Of a DNA stretch of 64,000 bases, positions 1 to 10,583 are shown piece after piece. Below the pieces are notes generated by a model. It had not been told where the DNA came from, ran no database searches, and saw only the letters and a list, made by a program, of their open reading frames with translations. The stretch is from a virus: the IMG/VR virus record IMGVR_UViG_3300031857_022279; one strand, given 5' to 3'. Positions within the stretch are counted from its first letter, which is position 1, and every line of letters starts with the position of its first letter. A program made the translations under genes and the position numbers.

Positions 1-244
1 TTAAATTTTCTAAATTAAATTCTTGTAGTGGACTGCCTCCTTTTTTAAGGTAGTCGTTATAGAGATTTAAGTATTCATCATAGGTAACCATTACTCCAAA
101 GATATCTGAGTAAAGAACATCTACTAACCCAACCTTTTTCATAGGAGAATTATCCTGTTCTGGATAGTTTGGACCCATATGTTTTCCAACTAGTTCTGTT
201 CCAGAAATAGCTTCAACAAATTTATTATATCTTTTAATTTTCAC
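1..244 (-). CDS. Hypothetical protein, partial (runs off the window start); CTS-like N-terminus MKIKRYNKFVEA
   Basis: Hand translation: GTG at 244, open for 81 codons to the window edge, 2 nt after the stop of 247..702. Not in the ORF track. Confidence 0.7.
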   Translation of the reverse strand, partial: MKIKRYNKFVEAISGTELVGKHMGPNYPEQDNSPMKKVGLVDVLYSDIFGVMVTYDEYLNLYNDYLKKGGSPLQEFNLENL

Positions 245-246
245 TT

Positions 247-702
247 TTATACTTTTAACTTTTCATAGAACTCATCAGATGATTCTAGAGAGTATATATC
301 TTTTTTTAAGTTATAAATTATATTGTATAGAAAATTGTCTTTCATTTTAAAAGTAGATCCGTCTTTTAGATTTATAATTGAAACTTCATCTTCATCTAGG
401 TTTTCTATTTTAACTATTTGCAGTCCTAATTTTCCATCTCTGTCTTTGAGATCACATATAATTTTCTTTTTGGAGTCTATGAGAGAGTTGATTTTTTCTA
501 CTGTCGTTAATCTAGACAGCATTGCAAAGCTTTTTAAATCATCGTCATTAATATCTTTATAAGTTTCAAGAAAACTCTTCTCTTTGCCATTTAGCCGCAC
601 TCTTTTAGTTATCTTATCTAGAATAAGATTTAACTCCATTTCTTTTAAACTTTCTGGAATTCTAAAATTTTGTAAAATTTTCTTGAATTTCATATCAGGC
701 AT
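247..702 (-). CDS. Hypothetical protein
   Basis: 151-aa ORF with typical composition; a TATATA motif lies in the divergent intergenic region. Confidence 0.7.
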   Translation of the reverse strand: MPDMKFKKILQNFRIPESLKEMELNLILDKITKRVRLNGKEKSFLETYKDINDDDLKSFAMLSRLTTVEKINSLIDSKKKIICDLKDRDGKLGLQIVKIENLDEDEVSIINLKDGSTFKMKDNFLYNIIYNLKKDIYSLESSDEFYEKLKV

Positions 703-781
703 AGTTTTCAGTGGTTTTCATACTTATATATTAAGAAATAAACATATTATTTATATATACTCTGTAAATTAAAGTTATTTA

Positions 782-3700
782 ATGGATAGAGAGTTAATTG
801 AAGGTTTAAGTAATTTATCTGCTTCTCTTGATAGAATTTATGAGGCATTAACCAGATCTGGTGATCCTAAATCTGCTACAGCTGCTGCCTTAAAAATGGG
901 AAATTTTGAGGAACAGATCAAGCAAATTACTATGAGTATAGTTCAGATAAAAGAAGATACTCAGAAAATCTTAAATCAGCAAGATACTATTCTTAAAATG
1001 TTGAGAGAAGGTAAAGATACACCTAATGAAACCAAAATTAAAAAAATCCCTTCTGAACCAACAACTCCTAAAATCGGAAGACAGAAATTAGAAGAGAATC
1101 AAGAAAATGTAAGAGATACTAAGAGTAAAGACACTACAGACACTTCATTTTCTAAGTTAAAAAAGTTTTTTACGGAGTTAACAACTACTAAAATTGCGAA
1201 AGAAAGACAAGAGAACACTAAAGACTCTTCGATTTCTAAATCGGAAAATATTCAATCCGAATTAACAACTACTAAAATTGCAAAGGAAAGACAAGAGGAC
1301 AACAAAGATTCTTCAATCTCTAAATCAGAAAAGATTCAATCCGAATTAACAACTACCAAAATTGCAAAAGAAAGACAAGAGGATACAAAGGTTCTAAAAC
1401 TAGAAAAACAAAGTTCGTCCGAAGGTTTTTTAACTAGATTACATACTATATTAAAAAGAGAAAAAGAAGAATCAATAGAAGAAAGGAAGAGTAAGGCAGT
1501 GACATCTGATCTAACCACTATGAAGATGTCTAAAGATATAGAAAAAGATAAAAGAACAGAATTCAAAGAAACTCCTGTTAAAACTAAAGGAGAGGTTAGT
1601 TTTTGGAATCGACTTTTTCCTAATAAATCAATTAATGAGAAGGTTAAAATTCTTTCTGACTATTTTACTAAAGGTATTATATCGAAAGATGATAAAAAGG
1701 TAAAGAAAACAGACACTGAACTTACGACAGTCAAGATACAAATTGAGAAACAATACGGTGGTAGGACGACCAAAGAAGATAAAACTGTTAAGGCATTTAG
1801 TAAAGAACCAACAACTGTGAAGGTTTCTAGGGATAGAAAAGAAGATAGTAAAGATTCAAAAGACTCAAAAATAAAAAAAGTCTCAGAAGAACCGACTACA
1901 ACAAAAGTAGCAAAAGAGAAAAGAGATGAAAGAAGAGAATCCAAAGAAGAGAAATCAAAAGGTGGCATGTTTGGAAGCATGGACACTAAGAAAATCAAAG
2001 ATGGAGTTTCTGCAATTTTACTTATCGCAGTTGGAATTGTAGCAATTGGTCTTGCTCTTAAACTAGTTGGTAAAGTAGATTTTGTGTCAGTAATGGCAAT
2101 AGCACTTGCACTTCCATTAATCGCTATAGCATTTGCTAAAATAGCTTCAGTTTTCTCAGGTAAAGAGGTAACTGATGAGAGAGGTAGAAAGTCTAGAAGC
2201 GCAGCAATCGATATTAAACAACTACCCGCTATCATTTTAGGGTTAGTTGGGTTTTCTGCAGCTATCACCGCATCGTCATATATCTTGAGTAAAGTAAAAC
2301 CAATTGGATTAGCACAAGCCGTGACCGCAATTTTGATAGGTGGAGTTTTTTCCGCACTTTCATTTGGTCTACATAGACTTGTTGGAGCTTTTGGTAAGAT
2401 GAGTTTATTAGGAGGTGTAAAAGCCGTTTTATTTATGCCAGTAGTTCTGGTTGCGGTATCAACTGCAATTGCACTATCTTCTTATGTACTTAGCGCTGTC
2501 AAACCAATTGGTATTTTTCAGGCAGTCACTGCTATTTTGATTGCTGGTGTATTTTCAGTTCTAGGATATGGAATTGGAAAATTAATAAGAGCATTTAGAG
2601 GTATAGATCCAGTAACTGCATTTATGGCCGCTAAAATGATGCCTATTGTATTACTTGCAGTAACTGCGACTATTGCTGCCGCCTCTTACCTACTTTCAGC
2701 GGTGAAACCAATAGGATTCTTTCAAGCACTGACCGCAATATTAATTGCTGGTGTATTCACAGTATTATCTTTTGGTATAGGTAAAATAATAGGTTCTTTT
2801 AGAAGAATAGATCCAGCGACAGCTCTTGCTGCTACGGCCATGATGCCTTTGATATTTATAGCTCTTTCATTCTCAATCATGATGTCTTCATATTTCTTAG
2901 GGAATGTTAAAGTAATTGGGCTATTTCAAGCACTTACTGCTATTGCAATATCTATAGTTTTTGTAGCACTTTCTTTTGGTCTTGCTAAGATTTTACCGGC
3001 ATTTAGACGGTTATCACCAGCTGACATAACAAAAGCAGCAATAGGAATGCCTATTATATTCACCGCACTTTCACTAGCAATAATGGTTTCTTCATACTTT
3101 ATTTCGGGTGTTAAGCCAATAGGATTTGCTCAGTTTTTAACAGCACTTGGAATTTCTATTTTATTTGTAGGGTTTGCATTTGCAACTAAATTTATAGTCA
3201 AAGGTCTTAAAGGAGTAACCACTGCTCAAGTAGTTAACGCCATGAAAATGCTACTAATAGTCGCAACTACAGTAGCGATTGCTAGTTTCATAGTTTCTGT
3301 TGCTCCTTCTGTACCATTTATGAAGACGTTACAATTCGGTCTTCTAGGAATAGGACTTGGAGCTACAACAGTTGTGATGGCCATTGCAATCAAGACAATT
3401 AAAAAAATTGGATTAGGATTAAAAGATATTTTGACTGGTGGTCTGATGATTTTAGCAATAGCAACAACTATCGCACTTTCTTCTGTGATTCTTAATATGG
3501 GTACTTATGAAAAGTATCCAAGTTGGAAATGGGCACTTGGAGTAGGAGCATCTCTTGTTGGATTTGGACTAGCGGCTGTAGTTTTGGGTTCTATTGCATC
3601 TTCTGGAATTGGAGCTCTTGCAATTCTTGCAGGACTCGCTTCAATTCTTGCAATAGCTGGTACTATTGTATTGACAGATAAAATAATTTCAGCAGGTACT

Positions 3701-6700
3701 TATCAAAAGTATCCAGGTGCAAAATGGATTCTTGGAGTCGGAGCTACTATGGTAGGATTCGGTCTCGCTGCAGTTACATTAGGCGGTATAATAGTCGGCA
3801 CACTTGGATTAGGAGGTCTCGCTATTGCTGCTGGACTAGTCGCAGTTATCGGTATTGCTGAAACGATTGTTAAAGTAGATAAGATTATTGCCAAGGGTAA
3901 TTATACGAAATCTCCTGGTGTGAGATGGATTCTCGGAGTTGGATCCTCGATGGTTGGATTCGGACTTGCCGCGGTAACACTAGGTGGAATAATAGTCGGT
4001 ACTTTAGGTTTAGGAGGATTGGCCATCAAAGCTGGACTTTCTGCAGTTGAATCAATTGCAAAAACTATAGTGAAGACTGACAAAATATTAAGTGCTGGTC
4101 AATATACAAAGTACCCAGGTGCTGCTTGGGCTTTAACAGTTGGTTCAATTATTACAGCGTTTTCTACAGCAGTATTATTATTGGGTGCTGTTAGTTCAGG
4201 AGGAGGTCTCTTGCAAAAGTTGAGTCTTGGATTAGTAAAAAACCCATTAGAGTCAGGAATACAAGCAATAAAGAAAATAGCTCAAGCTATAGTAGATGTA
4301 GATAAAAAGTTAGCTGAAGGTAGTTATACTAAAGGTCCGAATCCTACTTGGGCAAAAGGCATTTCCGCATCACTCTCTGCATTTTCACCAATTTACAGAA
4401 TGTTATTAGCTGAAAAACTTATGAGTTTCATAGGTGGTGTCTCCGCTAAAGACTTTGCGCAAGCTATAAAAGTAATTTCTGGTGGAATAGTAGATTCCGC
4501 AAAACTCTTTGAAAGCGCAAAAGTTGCCTTTAAAAATGGACCACCAGTTACTTGGTCAAAAGGTGTAAGTGCTTCACTCGGTGCGTTCTCATCAATATAC
4601 TCACTACTCGTAAAAGATAAAATTATGAGTATTTTTGGATCAGGAATCTCACCGAAAGATTTTTCTCAAGCTATTAAGACAATTTCTGGTGGAATAGTAG
4701 ATGCCGCAAAATTATTTGGAAATGCTGCTGTAGCGTTTAAGAACGGGCCACCAGTTGAGTGGGCTAAGGGTATCAGTAAAGCACTTGGTGCTTTTTCATC
4801 TATCTATTCACTTCTAGTTAAGGATAGAATAATGAGTATATTTGGTTCTGGTGTATCACCTAAAGACTTCTCGCAAGCGATTAAGACAATTTCTGGTGGT
4901 ATAGTAGATTCTGCAAAGTTATTTGACAAGGCGTCTGTTGCATTCAAGAATGGTCCACCAGTTGAATGGGCAAATGGAGTTAGTAAATCTTTAGGAGCAT
5001 TCTCATCTATATACAAATTACTAGCAAGTAATTCTGGTTGGTGGAAAAGTGGTGTCGATCCAAAAATGTATGCACAAGCTATAGTTACAATTACGAATGG
5101 AATTGTGACTGCGGCAAAGGCTTTCGGGTCGGCGTCAGTAGCATTTAAAAATGGTCCACCTGTTGAGTGGGCTGATGGGGTTGGTAAGTCACTCTCAGCG
5201 TTTCAGCCTATTTATGAACTATTATTAAAAAATTCTGGTTGGTGGAAGAGTGGTATAGATCCTAAAATGTATTCTCAAGCAATTGTGACTATAACTAGTG
5301 GTATAGTCACTGCTGCAAAGGCATTTGGTTCCGCATCGGTGGCGTTTAAAAATGGTCCACCGGTTGAATGGGCCGATGGAGTTGGTAAGTCACTAGCTGC
5401 CTTTCAACCTATATATGAGTTATTACTTAAAAATACTGGATGGTGGAAAAGTAATATAGATCCAAAGAAATATGCACAAGCTATAGTCACTATAACTGGT
5501 GGTATAATCACCGCGGCTAAATCATTTAGTCAGGCTTCTGTTGCATTTAAAAATGGACCACCAGTCCAGTGGGCCGAAGGTGTTGGTAAGGCTCTTTCAG
5601 CATTTCAACCGGTATATGAATTACTGGTTAGAAATTCAAGTTGGTGGAAAAGTTCAATAGATCCTAAGAAATACGCTGAAGCGATAGTAACGATTACTGG
5701 TGGAATTGTAACTGCTGGTAAAGCATTCGGAGCAGCGGCTGTTGCATTTAAAAATGGTCCACCAGTTCAGTGGGCTGAAGGTGTCGGTAAAGCACTTTCA
5801 GCGTTTCAACCAGTCTATGAGATGTTGGTAAGAAATGCTAGTTGGTGGAAAAGTTCAATAGATCCTAAGAAATATTCAGAGGCTATACGAACGATTAGTA
5901 GAGGAATTACTGATGCCGCAATAGTGCTGTCTACCGCATCTGTTGCATATAAATTTTATCCAACAGAACAGTGGGCTTCTGGTGTAAGTAGAGCACTTAC
6001 TGCATTTCAACCAATTTATAAGATTTTACAGAAAGATTCTGGATGGCTCAGAAGTGGTATTTCTCCAAAGATGTATGCCGATGCTATAAAGACAATTACA
6101 ACTGGTATTCGAGACTCAGCGATGATTTTAGCACAAGCTTCGATTGCCTATAGAATGTTTCCAACAGTACAGTGGGCAAACGGTGTAAGTAGAGCTCTTA
6201 GTGTGTTCCAACCAATTTATAAAATTTTAGAAAAAGATTCTGGATGGTTGAGGTCTAATATATCACCAGAAAAGTACGCTAAAGCAATCAAAACAATAAC
6301 TACTGGTATTCGAGACTCAGCGATGATCTTGGCTTCAGCTTCTATTGCTTATAGAATGTTCCCAACAGTTCAGTGGGCAAACGGTGTGAGTAGAGCTCTT
6401 AGTACTTTTCAACCAATATATAAGATTCTACAAAAAGATTCGGGTTGGTTCAGAAGTAACATATCTCCAGAGAAATATGCAACAGCTATAAAAACTATTA
6501 CAACTGGAATAAGAGACTCGGCTGTGATTTTAGCCTCAGCTTCTCTTGCTTATAGAATGTTCCCAACAACACAGTGGGCAGACGGAGTTAGTAAGGCTTT
6601 AAGTACCTTTCATCCAATATACAAGATATTACAAAAAGATTCAGGTTGGTTTAGAAGTAATATATCACCTGATAAGTATGCCGCGGCTATTCGTACTATT

Positions 6701-9661
6701 AGTCAAGGTATAGTTGATTCTGCTTTAATATTAGCAAAAGCAAAGTCCGCTTATAAGTCTTTCCCAACCACAGAATGGGCAGATGGTGTTAGTAGAGCAC
6801 TTTCAGCTTTTCAACCTATTTATACGATACTACAAAAAGATTCAGGATGGTTTAAAAGTGGAGTTTCAGTTGGTAAGTATAGTGAAGCTATAAAAACACT
6901 TAGTATGGGAATCGTAGATTCTGCGAACATACTTAGTAAGGGTTTGTATAAAATTTATCCAACAGTAAACTGGGTTATGGGAATATCAGGAGCTTTTGCA
7001 ATGATACCAGCACTGATTAAGAAAGTAAACAACATTGATTTCAAGGGACTTTCTAAAATTTGGATGATAAGTGATAGTATTTACAAACTCTCGATTGCAT
7101 TCAAGGACGCTAAGTTTACAAGTTTTCCGAGTAAAAAATGGACAAGTGCTATTTCATCATCTTTTACTATGATGATTAATCTTCTAAAGAGTATTGATAA
7201 AAGTATATCTATCACTTCACTACTTAGTGGTATTTTGAAGTCTAAATCCTTAGTTAATTACATTCTAGATTTGGATAAGAAATTTAGCCTCGGTAAATTT
7301 AACAAGTTTCCAAACTCAAATTGGGTTAAAGGGTCTACAAAGTCTATTAGTGAATTTGCGAAGTTACTCAGTGAACTTAATAAGTTGGTCTCTTTAGTAG
7401 GATTAAAGACTGGTCAATTCAAAATTTCGAGTATTCTGAAGTCTGTTTTGGATGTTGATAATCAGATATCTAGAGGTAAATTTAACAGAGTAATAAGTCA
7501 GAAATGGTCAAGTTCATTGAGAGTTTCAATACTAGAATTTTCAAACTTGTTTAAAAATGTAGATAAATTGATATCAATAATTGACTTAAAACTTGGTCAA
7601 ACTAAAGTTACTAGTATCATTAAATCTATTCTACAAATCGACCTACAAATTTCTAAAGGCAAATTTAATAAATTTATTGATAATAAGTGGATCAAAGGCA
7701 CAAAATCTTCAATTATAGAGTTCGGTGGATTATTCAAAACTATAGACAAATTAGTTTCAATAATTTCCTTAAAAATCGGCCAGACAAAGGTTACAAGTAT
7801 CATCAAGTCAATACTTCAAATCGATTCACAAGTTTCAAAGGGTAAATTTAATAAATTTATTGATAATAAGTGGATTAAAGGCACAAAACAGTCTGTTCTA
7901 GAGTTCGGAAAATTGTTTATTGATGTTAATAAGAATTTCTCTGTGACTTCTTTATTACTTGGTTTTAATAAAGTCAAAATGATTTTTGATAATATTATAT
8001 GGATTGATAATAAAATATCTAGAGCTAAATTTGAGAAATCACCACCAACAAAATGGCTTACAAATACTAGAGATTCAATAGTTTATTACGGTAAATTGGC
8101 GATTGATTCTAATAAAATGTTCGGCACAGTGCCTCTAATAGCAGGTATCAAAAAGATTAAAACACTAGTAGATACAATTTTGTGGGTCGATAAGACTCTA
8201 TCAAAGGGTAAATATAATAGAGTTCCAAGTTTAAAATGGCTAAACGAATCTAAAAATGCAATTTTTACATATGGTAAGATAGCAATCGATTCAAATAAGA
8301 TCTTCCCTCTGATTTCACTTATAGCTGGTATTAAGAAGGTTAAAATGATATCAGAGGCTATACTATGGGTTGATAAAACACTATCTAAGGGAAGTTACAC
8401 TAAAGTGCCAACGCAGAATTGGTTGACACGTTCAAAAAGCACGATTTTTCAATACGGGAATCTAGCTATAGAATCAAATAAAAGGTTTGGAACAATTGGA
8501 TTATTCTTAGGTCTGAAAAAAGTTAGAAATATTGCAGACACTTTAAAATATGTTTCGCTTGTAATTAGCGGTGGTAATTATACTAAGTTTCCAAGCTTAG
8601 AATGGTCCAAGTCAGTTCCTGCGGCAATATCTGGCTTTATGAATCTACCGTTTAAGGGAATGTTTGGTCAATTTTTTGAAAGTATTTTCGGGGCTTCAGA
8701 AGATAGTAAGAAATCACAATTAGGAAAAATTGTAGATTTGATGTTATATGTTGATAAGAGATTTCAATCGGGTAACTGGAAAAAGTTCCCAACTGTTGAG
8801 TGGGTTAAAGGTACAATTTTAGCTCTTCAGAAATTTAAAGATATAGTTTCTTTACTTAGTTTTGGTTCACTAAATACTAAGATAATGACTGCATTCGGTG
8901 GTAAGAATCCACTTGTAAGCGCAGTTTCTAACATTGAAAAACTGGCACAGTCTTTTGATAAACTAGGAAATTCTATGAAGAATTTCAGTCAATCAATAAA
9001 AACTCTAGATACAGAAAAACTCGCAGCGATTAAGAGTCTTTCTTCAAATGTTATTTTAATGTCATTGATGAATCCAGAGCAATTTGACGCGATGTTATCT
9101 AAGTTAGAAGAAAGATCTGGAGTTTTTGCTGACCTTATGAAGGATGTGCAAGACAAGAAAGGTACTTCTGCTAAAACTACTGGTGCCCCTGGTACAGGTC
9201 AGAAAGTTGCAGGTGGTGGCGCAATGACTGATTTCAAGATGGTACCATCATCTACGGGAGCTAGAATGTCTGGTAAATCAGATGATGCTAAAATGCTTGA
9301 GAAACTCGATGCTATGACAAGTCTACTCGCTGATATATCTAGTGTTGTTGGTAGTAAAGGAGCTTTGAAAACATACCTTGGAAGTCTTAAAGAAGATGTT
9401 GATATAGGTGATGGTGGGTTCTCACTTTTTAGTAGATCTGATAAAAGAACCAAAAACATATTGAAAAAAGTTGGTGTATCACCAGATGGTATAAATATCT
9501 ACTTATTCTCATATAAGTTTGATCCTACAGTAGTTTACCAAGGTGTAATTGCACAAGAGTTGCTTGGCACGAGATTTGAAAACTCAGTTGTACTTGATAA
9601 GTCTGGGTATTACGCAGTTGACTACTCAAAACTAGATGTTCAGTTTAAAAGAACAAATTGA
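782..9661 (+). CDS. Giant tape-measure-like virion protein with a C-terminal peptidase S74 (intramolecular chaperone) domain
   Basis: 2959 aa. Charged N-terminus with 28-aa repeats, long hydrophobic Ala/Gly/Ile-rich region, about 60-69-aa tandem repeats with periodic Trp, and C-terminal SDKRTKNI...YxFxYK...QGVIAQEL...YAVDYSKL typical of S74. Confidence 0.7.
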   Translation: MDRELIEGLSNLSASLDRIYEALTRSGDPKSATAAALKMGNFEEQIKQITMSIVQIKEDTQKILNQQDTILKMLREGKDTPNETKIKKIPSEPTTPKIGRQKLEENQENVRDTKSKDTTDTSFSKLKKFFTELTTTKIAKERQENTKDSSISKSENIQSELTTTKIAKERQEDNKDSSISKSEKIQSELTTTKIAKERQEDTKVLKLEKQSSSEGFLTRLHTILKREKEESIEERKSKAVTSDLTTMKMSKDIEKDKRTEFKETPVKTKGEVSFWNRLFPNKSINEKVKILSDYFTKGIISKDDKKVKKTDTELTTVKIQIEKQYGGRTTKEDKTVKAFSKEPTTVKVSRDRKEDSKDSKDSKIKKVSEEPTTTKVAKEKRDERRESKEEKSKGGMFGSMDTKKIKDGVSAILLIAVGIVAIGLALKLVGKVDFVSVMAIALALPLIAIAFAKIASVFSGKEVTDERGRKSRSAAIDIKQLPAIILGLVGFSAAITASSYILSKVKPIGLAQAVTAILIGGVFSALSFGLHRLVGAFGKMSLLGGVKAVLFMPVVLVAVSTAIALSSYVLSAVKPIGIFQAVTAILIAGVFSVLGYGIGKLIRAFRGIDPVTAFMAAKMMPIVLLAVTATIAAASYLLSAVKPIGFFQALTAILIAGVFTVLSFGIGKIIGSFRRIDPATALAATAMMPLIFIALSFSIMMSSYFLGNVKVIGLFQALTAIAISIVFVALSFGLAKILPAFRRLSPADITKAAIGMPIIFTALSLAIMVSSYFISGVKPIGFAQFLTALGISILFVGFAFATKFIVKGLKGVTTAQVVNAMKMLLIVATTVAIASFIVSVAPSVPFMKTLQFGLLGIGLGATTVVMAIAIKTIKKIGLGLKDILTGGLMILAIATTIALSSVILNMGTYEKYPSWKWALGVGASLVGFGLAAVVLGSIASSGIGALAILAGLASILAIAGTIVLTDKIISAGTYQKYPGAKWILGVGATMVGFGLAAVTLGGIIVGTLGLGGLAIAAGLVAVIGIAETIVKVDKIIAKGNYTKSPGVRWILGVGSSMVGFGLAAVTLGGIIVGTLGLGGLAIKAGLSAVESIAKTIVKTDKILSAGQYTKYPGAAWALTVGSIITAFSTAVLLLGAVSSGGGLLQKLSLGLVKNPLESGIQAIKKIAQAIVDVDKKLAEGSYTKGPNPTWAKGISASLSAFSPIYRMLLAEKLMSFIGGVSAKDFAQAIKVISGGIVDSAKLFESAKVAFKNGPPVTWSKGVSASLGAFSSIYSLLVKDKIMSIFGSGISPKDFSQAIKTISGGIVDAAKLFGNAAVAFKNGPPVEWAKGISKALGAFSSIYSLLVKDRIMSIFGSGVSPKDFSQAIKTISGGIVDSAKLFDKASVAFKNGPPVEWANGVSKSLGAFSSIYKLLASNSGWWKSGVDPKMYAQAIVTITNGIVTAAKAFGSASVAFKNGPPVEWADGVGKSLSAFQPIYELLLKNSGWWKSGIDPKMYSQAIVTITSGIVTAAKAFGSASVAFKNGPPVEWADGVGKSLAAFQPIYELLLKNTGWWKSNIDPKKYAQAIVTITGGIITAAKSFSQASVAFKNGPPVQWAEGVGKALSAFQPVYELLVRNSSWWKSSIDPKKYAEAIVTITGGIVTAGKAFGAAAVAFKNGPPVQWAEGVGKALSAFQPVYEMLVRNASWWKSSIDPKKYSEAIRTISRGITDAAIVLSTASVAYKFYPTEQWASGVSRALTAFQPIYKILQKDSGWLRSGISPKMYADAIKTITTGIRDSAMILAQASIAYRMFPTVQWANGVSRALSVFQPIYKILEKDSGWLRSNISPEKYAKAIKTITTGIRDSAMILASASIAYRMFPTVQWANGVSRALSTFQPIYKILQKDSGWFRSNISPEKYATAIKTITTGIRDSAVILASASLAYRMFPTTQWADGVSKALSTFHPIYKILQKDSGWFRSNISPDKYAAAIRTISQGIVDSALILAKAKSAYKSFPTTEWADGVSRALSAFQPIYTILQKDSGWFKSGVSVGKYSEAIKTLSMGIVDSANILSKGLYKIYPTVNWVMGISGAFAMIPALIKKVNNIDFKGLSKIWMISDSIYKLSIAFKDAKFTSFPSKKWTSAISSSFTMMINLLKSIDKSISITSLLSGILKSKSLVNYILDLDKKFSLGKFNKFPNSNWVKGSTKSISEFAKLLSELNKLVSLVGLKTGQFKISSILKSVLDVDNQISRGKFNRVISQKWSSSLRVSILEFSNLFKNVDKLISIIDLKLGQTKVTSIIKSILQIDLQISKGKFNKFIDNKWIKGTKSSIIEFGGLFKTIDKLVSIISLKIGQTKVTSIIKSILQIDSQVSKGKFNKFIDNKWIKGTKQSVLEFGKLFIDVNKNFSVTSLLLGFNKVKMIFDNIIWIDNKISRAKFEKSPPTKWLTNTRDSIVYYGKLAIDSNKMFGTVPLIAGIKKIKTLVDTILWVDKTLSKGKYNRVPSLKWLNESKNAIFTYGKIAIDSNKIFPLISLIAGIKKVKMISEAILWVDKTLSKGSYTKVPTQNWLTRSKSTIFQYGNLAIESNKRFGTIGLFLGLKKVRNIADTLKYVSLVISGGNYTKFPSLEWSKSVPAAISGFMNLPFKGMFGQFFESIFGASEDSKKSQLGKIVDLMLYVDKRFQSGNWKKFPTVEWVKGTILALQKFKDIVSLLSFGSLNTKIMTAFGGKNPLVSAVSNIEKLAQSFDKLGNSMKNFSQSIKTLDTEKLAAIKSLSSNVILMSLMNPEQFDAMLSKLEERSGVFADLMKDVQDKKGTSAKTTGAPGTGQKVAGGGAMTDFKMVPSSTGARMSGKSDDAKMLEKLDAMTSLLADISSVVGSKGALKTYLGSLKEDVDIGDGGFSLFSRSDKRTKNILKKVGVSPDGINIYLFSYKFDPTVVYQGVIAQELLGTRFENSVVLDKSGYYAVDYSKLDVQFKRTN
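1172..1385 (+). repeat. 84-nt (28-aa) coding tandem repeat, about 2.5 copies (ELTTTKIAKERQE...)
   Basis: ttaacaactac at 1178, 1262 and 1346 (period 84). Confidence 0.85.
2290..3300 (+). repeat. 204-nt (68-aa) hydrophobic coding repeat, about 5 copies (VKPIG..QA.TAILI.GVF)
   Basis: Repeat starts at 2294, 2498, 2702, 2906 and 3110. Confidence 0.8.
4320..6960 (+). repeat. 201/207-nt (67-69-aa) coding repeat array (FKNGPPVEWA / YRMFPTVQWA units)
   Basis: KNGPP codons start at 4532, 4739, 4946, 5147, 5348, 5549 and 5750; the 201-nt period continues with FPT.QWA units. Confidence 0.85.
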
Positions 9662-9681
9662 TTAAATTTAATATAATTGCC

Positions 9682-10110
9682 ATGAATATCTTTCAAAAAA
9701 TTAAATTGTTTCGAGAGTATAAAAAAGTCATAAGAAATAATGAAGTCACTCTAGAACAAGACTACAATATTAGAATAGACAGAGCATCAAGACTTTATAC
9801 CGTTCTTAATATTCCTCAAGAATTATATGGAGAGCCATATAATCTTAGAACTTCAGACATTGATACAATTTCACAAACATATATTAAAGAATATGTGTCA
9901 AGAGTATCTTCTTATCTTAATTCTGTAGGTTTAAACGAGTTGTATGACTTTTATGAAAATGTAAAAAAGGTTGATAAATACTCATACCTTATAGTTCTTG
10001 GATTTAAACCACTAAACTCGGTTAAATATTATAATGTGGTCTATTTTAGACTGTTACCAATTTTAATTACATCTTCGATTATTACCTTATTATATTTCAT
10101 TTTCCGATAA
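9682..10110 (+). CDS. Hypothetical membrane protein (C-terminal TM)
   Basis: ORF track starts at TTG 9658; ATG 9682 is more likely. Hydrophobic C-terminus LLPILITSSIITLLYFIF. Confidence 0.7.
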   Translation: MNIFQKIKLFREYKKVIRNNEVTLEQDYNIRIDRASRLYTVLNIPQELYGEPYNLRTSDIDTISQTYIKEYVSRVSSYLNSVGLNELYDFYENVKKVDKYSYLIVLGFKPLNSVKYYNVVYFRLLPILITSSIITLLYFIFR

Positions 10111-10154
10111 ACAAAGATCATAATATTTATTATAAATAAAAAAAATATTTATTT

Positions 10155-10580
10155 ATGGGTAAATTTTACGATGTATCACAAGATACTCAAGATACATTTT
10201 ACGAAGTTTTCAATAAAAAAACCTTCCCACTCGCTGTTAAGTTTCAGTTCTTAGGTTCTGAATCACAGAAAAATCTAATTAAAATATCTAAACTTCCTGA
10301 CCAATATGGATTTCTTTTAGAAAAAGAACTTCTAGTATTAATCAATGAAGATTTGATGTCTGTATTTGATGATGAGTCAATTACAATCCTTATTGAACAG
10401 GAAATCGATAAGATTTCTATAGATACACAGTCTGGTAAAATTAAAATGATTAAGCCAGATTTAACAACATTTTCATCACTTATCTCAAAGTATGGGGTTG
10501 ATAAAGTAGCAAAGGCAAATCAAGTCGAAGATCTATATCACCAACAATTAAAAGATGGAAAAGAAGAATTTATTGCATAA
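10155..10580 (+). CDS. Hypothetical protein, possible inactive phage metallopeptidase-like fold
   Basis: ILIEQEIDKI...GKIK...PDLTTF...ISKYG resembles the HELxH...HD..EF...YG pattern but lacks the His residues. Confidence 0.4.
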   Translation: MGKFYDVSQDTQDTFYEVFNKKTFPLAVKFQFLGSESQKNLIKISKLPDQYGFLLEKELLVLINEDLMSVFDDESITILIEQEIDKISIDTQSGKIKMIKPDLTTFSSLISKYGVDKVAKANQVEDLYHQQLKDGKEEFIA

Positions 10581-10583
10581 AAC

